Shown: in pieces, positions 9,882 to 19,197 of the stretch
Position numbering within the stretch: position 1 is the first letter of the stretch
Layout of the letters: every line of letters begins with the position of its first letter
Assembly (NCBI GenBank): GCA_947457885.1
Contig: CANGXU010000003.1
Location: 6,147-70,146 of the forward strand
Source: Betaproteobacteria bacterium
Lineage (GTDB): Bacteria; Pseudomonadota; Gammaproteobacteria; Burkholderiales; CAIKXV01
Reading direction: 5' to 3'
Length of the DNA: 64,000 nt
Position numbers and translations under genes: made by a program
Notes under the pieces: model-generated
Told to the model about the DNA's origin: nothing
Database searches by the model: none
What the model saw: the letters and a program-made list of their open reading frames with translations, nothing else

Positions 9882-10019
9882 ATGCCCAAAGGTCAGCAGC
9901 GCAGCAACAAGGAAGTGAAAAAGCCCAAGCAGACGAAGAAAGCCTTGCCGCCCGGCTCGTCCGGTGCGGTGATCCCGTCGGGTGCTGCGGCCAAGCGCGG
10001 CAATCCGCCGGCACGCTGA
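9882..10019 (+). CDS. small lysine/arginine-rich hypothetical protein (45 aa)
   Basis: The ATG at 9882 lies 5 nt downstream of a perfect AGGAGG (9871-9876). Product is MPKGQQRSNKEVKKPKQTKKALPPGSSGAVIPSGAAAKRGNPPAR. In the track it is hidden in the tail of a longer shadow ORF. Confidence 0.5.
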   Translation: MPKGQQRSNKEVKKPKQTKKALPPGSSGAVIPSGAAAKRGNPPAR

Positions 10020-10043
10020 GGCCGCAACCTGCGGCCGCTGCCG

Positions 10044-10478
10044 CTACTTCGCTGCAGTGGCCTGGGCCAGGTAGGCGATCAGGTCGGCGCGTTCCTTCGC
10101 GTCGGCCAGGCCCGAGTACGGCATGCGGTTGCCCGGGATGACCGCCTGCGGATCGGCAATGAACGCGTCGCGCGTCTGCCGGTTCCATGACAGCTTGCTG
10201 CGCCGTATGGCGGGCGAGTAGCGGAAGTCGTCGATCGCACCGGCTCGGCGGCCGATGATGCCGGCCAGCGTGGGTCCCAGGCTGTTGGCGTCGGTGCTGC
10301 CGTCGAGCGCATGGCAGGACCTGCATTCGACGAACAGCTTCTCGCCGCGCTTGATGTCCGCCTGTGCGACGGCCTGTCCCGCCGACAGCAGGAACAGGCT
10401 GGCGCCCAGCAGTGCGGGCAGCCGCCCGCGGATATGTCGCTGCATCGGATTGCTCCTCACGCGCTGGTGCGTACTCAT
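10044..10478 (-). CDS. class I mono-haem cytochrome c (third subunit of the adjacent dehydrogenase)
   Basis: Single CRSCH haem-binding motif, distal NRMPY methionine, signal peptide LPALLGASLFLLSAGQAVAQA. The ATG at 10478 overlaps the GMC stop (ATGA). An alternative ATG is at 10445. Confidence 0.8.
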   Translation of the reverse strand: MSTHQRVRSNPMQRHIRGRLPALLGASLFLLSAGQAVAQADIKRGEKLFVECRSCHALDGSTDANSLGPTLAGIIGRRAGAIDDFRYSPAIRRSKLSWNRQTRDAFIADPQAVIPGNRMPYSGLADAKERADLIAYLAQATAAK

Positions 10479-12256
10479 GCGGACACCAGCGGGCCGGGGT
10501 TCTTCAGGTAGCGGCTCTTGATGATGTCCGCCGTGCGGTAGGCCAGCGCACCGACCAGCCCGGTTGGCTGGTAGGCACCGTTGTGCGGGAACACGTTGGC
10601 GCCCATCACGAACAGGTTGTGCGCGTCCCAGCTCTGCAGGAACGGGTTGACCGCGCTGGTCTTCGGGTCGGTGCCCATCGGCGTGCCACCGCCATTGTGC
10701 GTCGACAGGTAGGGCACCACCGTCCACGACTGCGGCTTGCCGCTGGCAGAGCCCATCCGCGTCGCGTTCAGAGACTTGGCGAGTTCGTTCACCACCTGCG
10801 CCGCGTGCGCATTCATCCGGTGCTCGTTCTCCTTGAAGTCGAAGGTCATGCGCAGCAGCGGCTGGTTGAACGCGTTCTTGTAGGTCGGGTCGAGGTCGAG
10901 GTAGTTGTAGCGGTGCGGCATCGATCCGCCGCTGGAGGTGATGCTCATCGACGCATCGCTCCACTTCGCCAGCGCCTGCTTCCACGCGGTGCCCCAGGCG
11001 GGCGTGCCGCCCGGTACCGGGCGGTTGCCGATCGGCAGGTTCGTATTGTGGCCGGCCGACACGATGTAGCCGCCGACGAAGCCATGCGGCGCGCGGTCGA
11101 AATCCCAGTTGGCGTTGAAGTCGTCGATCACCCAGTTGGTGCCGCCCGCCGAGATGAACCGGTTGAACGTACGGCCTTCGAAGAAGAGGTTGGCACCGGT
11201 GCGCGTCTCGTAGCAGTAGTTGCGTCCGATCACGCCGGTCTGCGTGGCAGGGTCGTAGGGCTGGCCGATACCCGACAGCAGCATCATGTGCGTGTTGTTC
11301 ATCGTGAAGGTGCAAAGCATCACCATCGATGCCGGCTGCTCGAGCTCTTCACCGGTGAGCAGGTTGGTGTAGAGAACGCCGGTCACGCGCTTCGCGGACG
11401 GATCCTTGAGGATCTGCGTGACCCATGCGTTGGTACGCAATTCGAAGTTCTGGCTCTTCAGCGCAGCGGGCACCACCGTGATGTGCGGGCTTGCCTTGGC
11501 ATTGGCCTCGCAGCCGAAGCGCTGGCAGAAGCCGCAGTACTGGCAGCCGCCGAAGCTCGCACCGTCCGGGTTGGTGTAAGCGCGCGATGCATTGGCGGCG
11601 GGGCGCGGGAACGGGTGGTAGCCCGCCTTTGTCGCTGCCTCCGCGAACAGCTGCGAGGACAGCACGTTCTTCAGCGGCGGCAGCGGGTACTCGCGTGCGC
11701 GCGGGCTTTCGAACGGATTACCGCCAGGCTGTATCCGGCCATTGAGGTTGCCGGCCTTGCCGGACACCGCAGCCATGTACTCGAACTTGTCGTAGTAGCG
11801 CTCCAGCTCGGCATAGGAGATGCCCCAGTCGCGCAGGTCGGACATTTCTGCGGAGATGAACTTCGAGCCGTAGCGCTGCTCGTACAGGCTGCGTACCTTG
11901 AATTCGTTGTCCGACCAGCGCCAGGTGCCGCCGCTCCAGTGCAGGCCCGAGCCACCGACCGCCTCGCCGGGCAGGAACGAACCGAGCCGGCGCACTGGCA
12001 GGGCATCCTGTTTCGGCGTGTTGCGCATCGTCACGGTGTCGCGCGAGGCGTCCTGCATCATTTCCTGGCGCTGCACGTAGCGCAGTTCGTCGCGCACCTG
12101 CTGCAACTGGAAGTCCGCCTCGGTGGTGGTCATCCTGCCGCGCTCGAGCGCGACCACCTTCAACCCCGCCTCGGAGAGTTCCTTCGCGAGGATGCCGCCC
12201 GTCCAGCCGAGGCCGATGATGACCGCGTCGACTTCCTTCAGTTTCCTGGCTGCCAT
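10475..12256 (-). CDS. GMC-family FAD flavoprotein dehydrogenase, gluconate 2-dehydrogenase alpha-subunit-like
   Basis: N-terminal dinucleotide fold VDAVIIGLGWTGGILAKELSEAGLKVVALERG. Length 593 aa. Sits between a gamma-like and a cytochrome subunit. Confidence 0.85.
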   Translation of the reverse strand: MAARKLKEVDAVIIGLGWTGGILAKELSEAGLKVVALERGRMTTTEADFQLQQVRDELRYVQRQEMMQDASRDTVTMRNTPKQDALPVRRLGSFLPGEAVGGSGLHWSGGTWRWSDNEFKVRSLYEQRYGSKFISAEMSDLRDWGISYAELERYYDKFEYMAAVSGKAGNLNGRIQPGGNPFESPRAREYPLPPLKNVLSSQLFAEAATKAGYHPFPRPAANASRAYTNPDGASFGGCQYCGFCQRFGCEANAKASPHITVVPAALKSQNFELRTNAWVTQILKDPSAKRVTGVLYTNLLTGEELEQPASMVMLCTFTMNNTHMMLLSGIGQPYDPATQTGVIGRNYCYETRTGANLFFEGRTFNRFISAGGTNWVIDDFNANWDFDRAPHGFVGGYIVSAGHNTNLPIGNRPVPGGTPAWGTAWKQALAKWSDASMSITSSGGSMPHRYNYLDLDPTYKNAFNQPLLRMTFDFKENEHRMNAHAAQVVNELAKSLNATRMGSASGKPQSWTVVPYLSTHNGGGTPMGTDPKTSAVNPFLQSWDAHNLFVMGANVFPHNGAYQPTGLVGALAYRTADIIKSRYLKNPGPLVSA

Positions 12257-12271
12257 GTCGTGGGTCTCCGG

Positions 12272-12997
12272 TCAGCTGATGTCGGCGATGCCGAGCGGGT
12301 TGGTCGGCATCCTGCGGTCGCGGAACTTGTCGATGTTCTGCTGGTTGGTCGCGATCACCCCGGGGAAGTTCACCAGTTTCCAGCCGGCCTTGTCGCGGTT
12401 GCCGCCGTAGATCGGATCCGCGAACATGCCCTCCATCACGTTCTGGTAGAGCATGCCGAAGAAGATCCGTACCGGTGGACCGTTCTCGAGCGTGACCTTG
12501 CCCTGCTGCATGGCGACCAGGAAGGCCTCGCGCTGCTCGGGGGTGACCTTGTCGAAGGTCTTGCCGTAGGCCTTCACGCAGGCGGCGTCGGCGGCCGGGA
12601 TCGCCGCGCGATAGAGTTCAGAGGGTGTCAGCGGCAGCTGGTAGCCCTGGTTGCCGGTGCCCTGCTTCCACGGCCCCTGCCGGTACAGTCGCTCGCCCTT
12701 GCCCCAGCCGCTGGCCAGCGCCCGGTCGATGTAGATGTGCAGCCCGAGGTCGGTGCCCTTCGGCGTTAACGCATCGGCTGGAACCATGTGGTCGACGACC
12801 GCCTCGATGAAGGCACCTTCGTCGGGCGTCAGGAACACATAGCCAGCCGTGGCGGGCGCACTGGCAGTGGCCTTGCTGCCGGCCGCCTGCGCCGAGGCCG
12901 TGCCTGGCAGCGCGGTGGTCACGGCGGCGGCGCTACCCGCGACTGCGCCCTTCAGGAACGCGCGTCGTCCTTCCGAGTCTCGATCCATCTCCTCCAC
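12272..12997 (-). CDS. gluconate 2-dehydrogenase subunit-3 (gamma)-like protein with Tat signal
   Basis: Twin-arginine motif GRRAFLKGAVAGSAAAV...ASAQA. The size and its position upstream of the GMC subunit are typical of three-subunit membrane-associated flavoprotein dehydrogenases. Confidence 0.75.
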   Translation of the reverse strand: MEEMDRDSEGRRAFLKGAVAGSAAAVTTALPGTASAQAAGSKATASAPATAGYVFLTPDEGAFIEAVVDHMVPADALTPKGTDLGLHIYIDRALASGWGKGERLYRQGPWKQGTGNQGYQLPLTPSELYRAAIPAADAACVKAYGKTFDKVTPEQREAFLVAMQQGKVTLENGPPVRIFFGMLYQNVMEGMFADPIYGGNRDKAGWKLVNFPGVIATNQQNIDKFRDRRMPTNPLGIADIS

Positions 12998-13372
12998 CCC
13001 TCGTGTCGTGAGGATCGCCCGATCGATGCCGGGGACAGGGTGTCCGCCGGATGCCGGTGCGATGCAGCGGCAACTGTCAGGCCACTGCGCACCGTCAATG
13101 CATCAAGCGGCCAGAGGAGCGTAAAGCACTGGCTCGTCTTGGAGCGGCCCCGGGGTATCCCGCCGCAGGGCTGCGTTTCCGGCATGGTCATCCGCGCTTC
13201 GATGGCGTTCAATCCAGGCCTTCCATGAGGAGGCGTCATGCACTGGAACCCGCCGCGCGTTGCCCGACCTGCGCCGACATACCCGCCGACCCAGCCAGGG
13301 TCGAACCGGCGGGGGCGGGTCGGCAGCCCGGCCCCTTTTGGCGAGATTCACGGTGGCGGTCTCACCGGACGG

Positions 13373-14863
13373 ATGCGCATGACACGCGTGGATCGCTTGA
13401 TTGCCCGGCTGCTGGTTGTCCTTCTGGCCGTCCTGCCGGTCGTACATCCGGTGGGGGAGGCCCGCGCGGCCGGCGGCCAGTTCAACCCGCGCTGGACGAG
13501 CGCGCCGGTATCCTCCACCGTGACGGTTCGCTACCCGCTCGACAACTGGTCGCTGCTCGGCGAGATCGCCGGGCGAGGCGCGGGCGGTTTCGACCTGCGC
13601 ATGCTGCAAGGCGAGCGATGGATCACCGCGGGCCGCGAAGAAGTCGGCCAACTGGGGCTCGGATCCGACGTCGTATCGAAGCTGGTGATGGCCTTTCCCG
13701 GCCATGCCGCGATGGTGTTCGCGACGTACTCCCCCGAGAACGCGCAATTGCGCATCCGTGTCGTCAAGGCCGAACGGCAGGCCGACGGACGAATCCGCAG
13801 CTACCTCGGCGACTTCACCCCGCATCACGGCGAGCGCTGGGCGGCGCAGCGGCACTACCTGTCGCCCGTCGAGGCAGCCGACGCGATCCGCGCCGGGCGC
13901 AACCCGTTCGCCGTGTTCAGGCCGACGGACGAGACAGACCCGGTCTTCTACAACATCGGCTGGAGTGCCGCCCAGGTCGCCGTCGGCCACGCCATGCGTC
14001 TCTACAACGCCCCCGCCGGATTCATCGCGATGACGGATACGCGATGGACGCAGGTCGTCACCCGATCGGGCAACCTGCTGCGACAGCGTGTCGACACGAC
14101 CACACAGGCCTGGGTACGTCCACGCTGGTTCGTCGCACTGCCGGTCGACCAGCAGCCGTACGGCGTACAGGCCGCGATCTGCACCCTGCCGGGCTCGACG
14201 TCATGCCCGACGATGGAGCAACTCGCGCAGAGCGGCGTGTCGGTATCCCAGTGGGATGGGGGAAACATGCCCAGCCCGGAGGACCTTCTCTACGCGTGGA
14301 CCGATTCGCGGTCGGGGTTCACGGTGCTGGCGTTTGCGCTGGTGACGGCGGCGTTTGTTTGGGTGGCGGCGAGTGCGGTGACGGCCTATGCGGGCGCTAG
14401 CAGCTTAGCAGGCCAAGTCGGGACGAGTTTTCTTTCCCCAGGTTGGGCAAGCGCATTTGCTGGAGGCTCCTATGCGGTGGGTTCAACAGTGGCTGGCGGC
14501 GGTGGTCCGATGACATCCGCACAAGAGTCATTTCTCGGTGCCACAGGCTCAGGATTTCTCGAAAGAGCGCTTCCGAGCGACCGACACGCCGCAGAGCTAG
14601 CCGATATAAGTTCCGCTCGTCATGTGCATCGAGACATAGCTGCTGGGTTGAGCGGTGTTCGTATACTGTTTGAAGGAGACTGCGCGAGAACTCGTACTGC
14701 GGATGATTGCGCGCGATCAACTGTCAACACGGGGCGAATACCTCGGACAGACACAACCTCCTTCCAGAATAACGTTGTTGAGATGCGGCAACGCTACGCT
14801 CAATGCGCTACACGAGGACTTCGTGGATCTGATCTCCGTACGTGCGCTGCACGGATGCATTAG
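13373..14863 (+). CDS. hypothetical exported/membrane protein: signal peptide, ~390-aa unknown domain, TM plus glycine-zipper segment, Cys-containing tail
   Basis: ORF 13238..14863 trimmed to the ATG at 13373 (MRMTRVDRLIARLLVVLLAVLPVVHPVGEARA). I recognise no family. The last ~150 codons lie in low-GC DNA. Confidence 0.55.
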   Translation: MRMTRVDRLIARLLVVLLAVLPVVHPVGEARAAGGQFNPRWTSAPVSSTVTVRYPLDNWSLLGEIAGRGAGGFDLRMLQGERWITAGREEVGQLGLGSDVVSKLVMAFPGHAAMVFATYSPENAQLRIRVVKAERQADGRIRSYLGDFTPHHGERWAAQRHYLSPVEAADAIRAGRNPFAVFRPTDETDPVFYNIGWSAAQVAVGHAMRLYNAPAGFIAMTDTRWTQVVTRSGNLLRQRVDTTTQAWVRPRWFVALPVDQQPYGVQAAICTLPGSTSCPTMEQLAQSGVSVSQWDGGNMPSPEDLLYAWTDSRSGFTVLAFALVTAAFVWVAASAVTAYAGASSLAGQVGTSFLSPGWASAFAGGSYAVGSTVAGGGGPMTSAQESFLGATGSGFLERALPSDRHAAELADISSARHVHRDIAAGLSGVRILFEGDCARTRTADDCARSTVNTGRIPRTDTTSFQNNVVEMRQRYAQCATRGLRGSDLRTCAARMH

Positions 14864-14867
14864 CCCG

Positions 14868-15395
14868 TCAGTTGAATAGCGGTGCAATTTTTCGCCAATC
14901 GTAGTCTTCGCAGATCACGCCGGCGGCCGTTGTAGTGCGGGCGAAACCGCCGCCAACCCAGCTGCAACCATCACGCTCGCCTTTCGAAGCGACGCTCACG
15001 ATCTCCGAGAAATGCGATGCTCTATAGCGCAGTATGAGGATGTCATTTTTTTGAATACCTTGGCTGGAAAGCGCGTACACGCCAGCGCCTTTTAGGCCGC
15101 CCCAATACGTGTTCATAAACATCACACTGACATAGGTGTACTGATCAGGATTTATGCACCAATCGTAAATTTTATGGCTGCAAAGTTTCTTGCCAATTGC
15201 GCTGTTCAATGACGGACGTACGTTCTCCGGGCTCACGCGATTTACCCAACCGTAGAGGACTAAGTCATCAAGTCGATTTCTACTGTCTTCGCTAAGTGTT
15301 GAGGCGCATCCACCAGACAAAAAGCCCAGCAAAACGCCGACCGTAATTTTTGTGTGCGTTGTCGGATTGAACGAAGCTCTATCTGGCGCGATCAC
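14868..15395 (-). CDS. hypothetical lipoprotein (175 aa) encoded in the low-GC islet
   Basis: Lipobox-like ITVGVLLGFLSGGC after a charged N-region. Sampled 60-nt lines give 38-53% G+C. I recognise no family. Confidence 0.55.
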   Translation of the reverse strand: MIAPDRASFNPTTHTKITVGVLLGFLSGGCASTLSEDSRNRLDDLVLYGWVNRVSPENVRPSLNSAIGKKLCSHKIYDWCINPDQYTYVSVMFMNTYWGGLKGAGVYALSSQGIQKNDILILRYRASHFSEIVSVASKGERDGCSWVGGGFARTTTAAGVICEDYDWRKIAPLFN

Positions 15396-15433
15396 GATTG
15401 GCGTTGTGGCTGATCAAATAGGGAAATTAGGCA

Positions 15434-15820
15434 CTATCGCTGAAGAATTAGAGCGGGCTTGATCCCCCGCGTACTCTCAAACGTTTCCTGCACCATCAAT
15501 ACGTCATAACTCGCGAGGCACCTCGGATCGCGATTCTCTTCCAGCAGCACGCCCTTGGTGTCCGCCCGAGCGGACATCTGCTGCTCGGACCAGAGCATCT
15601 CCATCGAACTCCGGGTGCACTCGCCGCGGATCGTCGCGGCTGCATACCGCCGGTCGAGACAGCAGCGACCCACCAGCCTGCCAGCCACTTCGAACACCAG
15701 CTGGCCATGGGCGTACCGGGTGCCGCGTGAAACACCGTCCGCGATCTCGCCCGGGTTGCTGCCCGATCTGAAGCCCGTCGCTTCGAAGTCGATGAGAATC
15801 GGCAGGCGGCATCGGGACAT
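15434..15820 (-). CDS. hypothetical protein (128 aa)
   Basis: ORF 15434..15943 trimmed to the ATG at 15820, because the longer version would overlap argG. Same strand as argG and the lipoprotein gene. I recognise no family. Confidence 0.4.
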   Translation of the reverse strand: MSRCRLPILIDFEATGFRSGSNPGEIADGVSRGTRYAHGQLVFEVAGRLVGRCCLDRRYAAATIRGECTRSSMEMLWSEQQMSARADTKGVLLEENRDPRCLASYDVLMVQETFESTRGIKPALILQR

Positions 15821-15905
15821 TGCCGCACGATAGCGCGCCGTGCGCCGCTGGGGAAGGGCCGCCGCCAGCGTGGGGGAAACCCTTCCGCGCGTGTCCTGCA
15901 GTCTT

Positions 15906-17153
<1,248 letters not shown>

Positions 17154-17225
17154 GGATTCGGATGTCGGGCGGGTGGGTGAAGGGAAGGGCGTAGAGGTGG
17201 AAACAGGCAGTCGGCGGACAGCCGC

Positions 17226-18251
17226 TCAATCGAGCCGTATCGACAGCTTGCGGATCAGCGGTGCCCAGCGTGCCGCCTCGGAACGGATCAGTGCGGCGAA
17301 TGCTTCCGGGCGGCCGCCGGCGGGGTCCAGCCCGGCGCCGGCAATCCGGCTGCGCGCGTCCGGGTGCGCGAGGATCGCATTGATTGCGCCGTTCAGTCGA
17401 CCGATCAGCGGCCCCGGCGTGCCGGAGGCGACGAGTATGCCGTTCCAGAGCATCGCTTCGAAGCCTGGATAGCCGGATTCGGCGAGCGTGGGCAGGTCGG
17501 GGAACAGCGGATAGCGCGCGGCGCTGGTCACGGCGATCGCGCGCACGCGGCCCGCCTGCAGGTGGGGCGCCAGTGCGGTCGGGGCCGAGAAGACGGCCTG
17601 CGTTTCGTTGCGCGCAACCGAAGCTGCAGCCGGCGGGGCGCCGTTGTACGGGCTGTGCACCGCGTCGAAGCCGGCCACCGAACGGAACAGCTCCATCGTC
17701 AGGTGCGACGAACTGGCGTTGCCGACCGAGGCGTAGGTCAGGCGACCGGCGCCGGCCCTGGCGTGGGCGACCCATTCGGCAACAGTGCGCACTGGCAGGT
17801 CGGCATGGACCGCCAGCAGGTTCGGCGAGGTGCTGGCGACCACCACCGGTGCGAGGTCGCGCGCCGGGTCGTACGGCAGCCTGGCATACAGGAAGGGTGC
17901 GAGCGACAGCGGGCCGTTGAAGCTGATCAGCAGCGTATGGCCGTCGGGTGCCGACTGTGCGCCGGCCGCGGTGGCCACCGTGCCTCCACCGGCTGGCCGG
18001 TTGTCGATCACCACCGGCTGGCCGAAGGCGTCGCGCAGGCGCTCGCCGATCACCCGCGCGACCACGTCGAGCGAGCTGCCCGGGCCGGCGGCGACCAGGA
18101 AGCGCAGCGGGCGCGAAGGCCAGTCCTGGGCGCCGGCCGCGCCCGGCAGCGCGCAAAGCAGCAGCAGCGCGGCGGGCACCGTCAGGACGCGCGCGCCACG
18201 GCTGGCAGATGCGCGGGAACCGGTGCCCGAGCCCGATTCCGGGGCGCTCAC
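17226..18251 (-). CDS. Bug/TctC family periplasmic substrate-binding protein embedded in the arg gene string
   Basis: The in-frame GTG at 18251 overlaps the argF stop (GTGA). Signal LTVPAALLLLCALPGAAGAQ, then PLRFLVAAGPGSSLD and SPYNGAPPA. Confidence 0.75.
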   Translation of the reverse strand: MSAPESGSGTGSRASASRGARVLTVPAALLLLCALPGAAGAQDWPSRPLRFLVAAGPGSSLDVVARVIGERLRDAFGQPVVIDNRPAGGGTVATAAGAQSAPDGHTLLISFNGPLSLAPFLYARLPYDPARDLAPVVVASTSPNLLAVHADLPVRTVAEWVAHARAGAGRLTYASVGNASSSHLTMELFRSVAGFDAVHSPYNGAPPAAASVARNETQAVFSAPTALAPHLQAGRVRAIAVTSAARYPLFPDLPTLAESGYPGFEAMLWNGILVASGTPGPLIGRLNGAINAILAHPDARSRIAGAGLDPAGGRPEAFAALIRSEAARWAPLIRKLSIRLD

Positions 18252-19171
18252 GGCGTGACGCGGCCCAGCAGCAGGAACTCCAGCAGGGCCTTCTGCACGT
18301 GCATCCGGTTCTCCGCTTCGTCCCAGACGACGCTCTGCGGGCCGTCGATCACCTCGGCGGTGACTTCCTCGCCGCGGTGCGCCGGCAGGCAGTGCATGAA
18401 CAGCGCTTCGGGCTTCGCCGCGCGCATCATCTCGGCGTCGACGCACCAGTCTTCGAAGGCCTTCATCCGCTGGGCGTTCTCGGCTTCGAAGCCCATGCTG
18501 GTCCACACGTCGGTGGTGATCAGGTCGGCGCCGCGGGCGGCATCCATCGGGTCGGCGAACTGCTCGAAATGGGTGGTGTCGTAGATGCCGGCGCGCTCGG
18601 GCTCGACCTCGTAGCCGGGCGGGGTGGACACGTGCACGTTGAAGTCGAGCACGGTGGCCGCCTGCAGCCAGGTGTTGCAGACGTTGTTCGAGTCGCCGAT
18701 CCAGGCAACCGTCTTGCCCTGGATCGGGCCGCGATGCTCGATGAAGGTGAAGATGTCGCCGAGGATCTGGCAGGGATGGTATTCGTTGGTCAGGCCGTTG
18801 ATGACCGGCACGCGCGAGACGCGGGCGAAGCGCTCGACGATCTCCTGTCCGAACGTGCGGATCATCACGATGTCGACCATGCGCGACACCACCTGCGCCA
18901 TGTCTTCGACGGGCTCGCCGCGCCCGAGCTGCGTGTCGCGCGTGTTCAGGTAGATCGCCGCGCCGCCGAGCTGGTGCATGCCCGCCTCGAAAGACAGGCG
19001 CGTGCGGGTGCTGGCTTTCTCGAAGATCATCGCCAGCGTGCGGTCTTCGAGCGGCCAGTAGCGCCGGTAGGACTTGAACTCGCCCTTGATCCAGGCGGCG
19101 CGTGCGAACAGGTGTTCGTACTCTTCGCGGCTGAAATCGAGGAACGTCAGGTAATGCCTGGGCGGAGTCAT
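18248..19171 (-). CDS. argF: ornithine carbamoyltransferase
   Basis: ATG at 19171. Motifs FEKASTRTRLSFE, HPCQ and HCLPAHRGEE. Length 307 aa. Confidence 0.95.
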   Translation of the reverse strand: MTPPRHYLTFLDFSREEYEHLFARAAWIKGEFKSYRRYWPLEDRTLAMIFEKASTRTRLSFEAGMHQLGGAAIYLNTRDTQLGRGEPVEDMAQVVSRMVDIVMIRTFGQEIVERFARVSRVPVINGLTNEYHPCQILGDIFTFIEHRGPIQGKTVAWIGDSNNVCNTWLQAATVLDFNVHVSTPPGYEVEPERAGIYDTTHFEQFADPMDAARGADLITTDVWTSMGFEAENAQRMKAFEDWCVDAEMMRAAKPEALFMHCLPAHRGEEVTAEVIDGPQSVVWDEAENRMHVQKALLEFLLLGRVTP

Positions 19172-19197
19172 GTCCTTGCCTGCGACGATGGTGGCCG

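Noticed and set aside
14868-15395. Lipoprotein as the immunity partner of a polymorphic toxin encoded by 13373..14863.
   Set aside because: Immunity genes normally follow the toxin on the same strand, and here the genes are convergent. No known toxin, Rhs, CdiA or T6SS-associated domain is recognisable. I kept it only as a speculative test under the low-GC-islet finding.
15434-15820. PILIDFEATGF in the 128-aa hypothetical resembles the Exo I (DxE) motif of DEDD 3'-5' exonucleases.
   Set aside because: The protein is too short and lacks recognisable Exo II and Exo III motifs. A single short motif match is not enough.
17226-18506. Long N-terminal extension of the Bug gene (426-aa version).
   Set aside because: The extension overlaps the 3' end of argF in another frame and is Arg-rich junk. 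The in-frame GTG at 18251 overlapping the argF stop gives a normal signal peptide.
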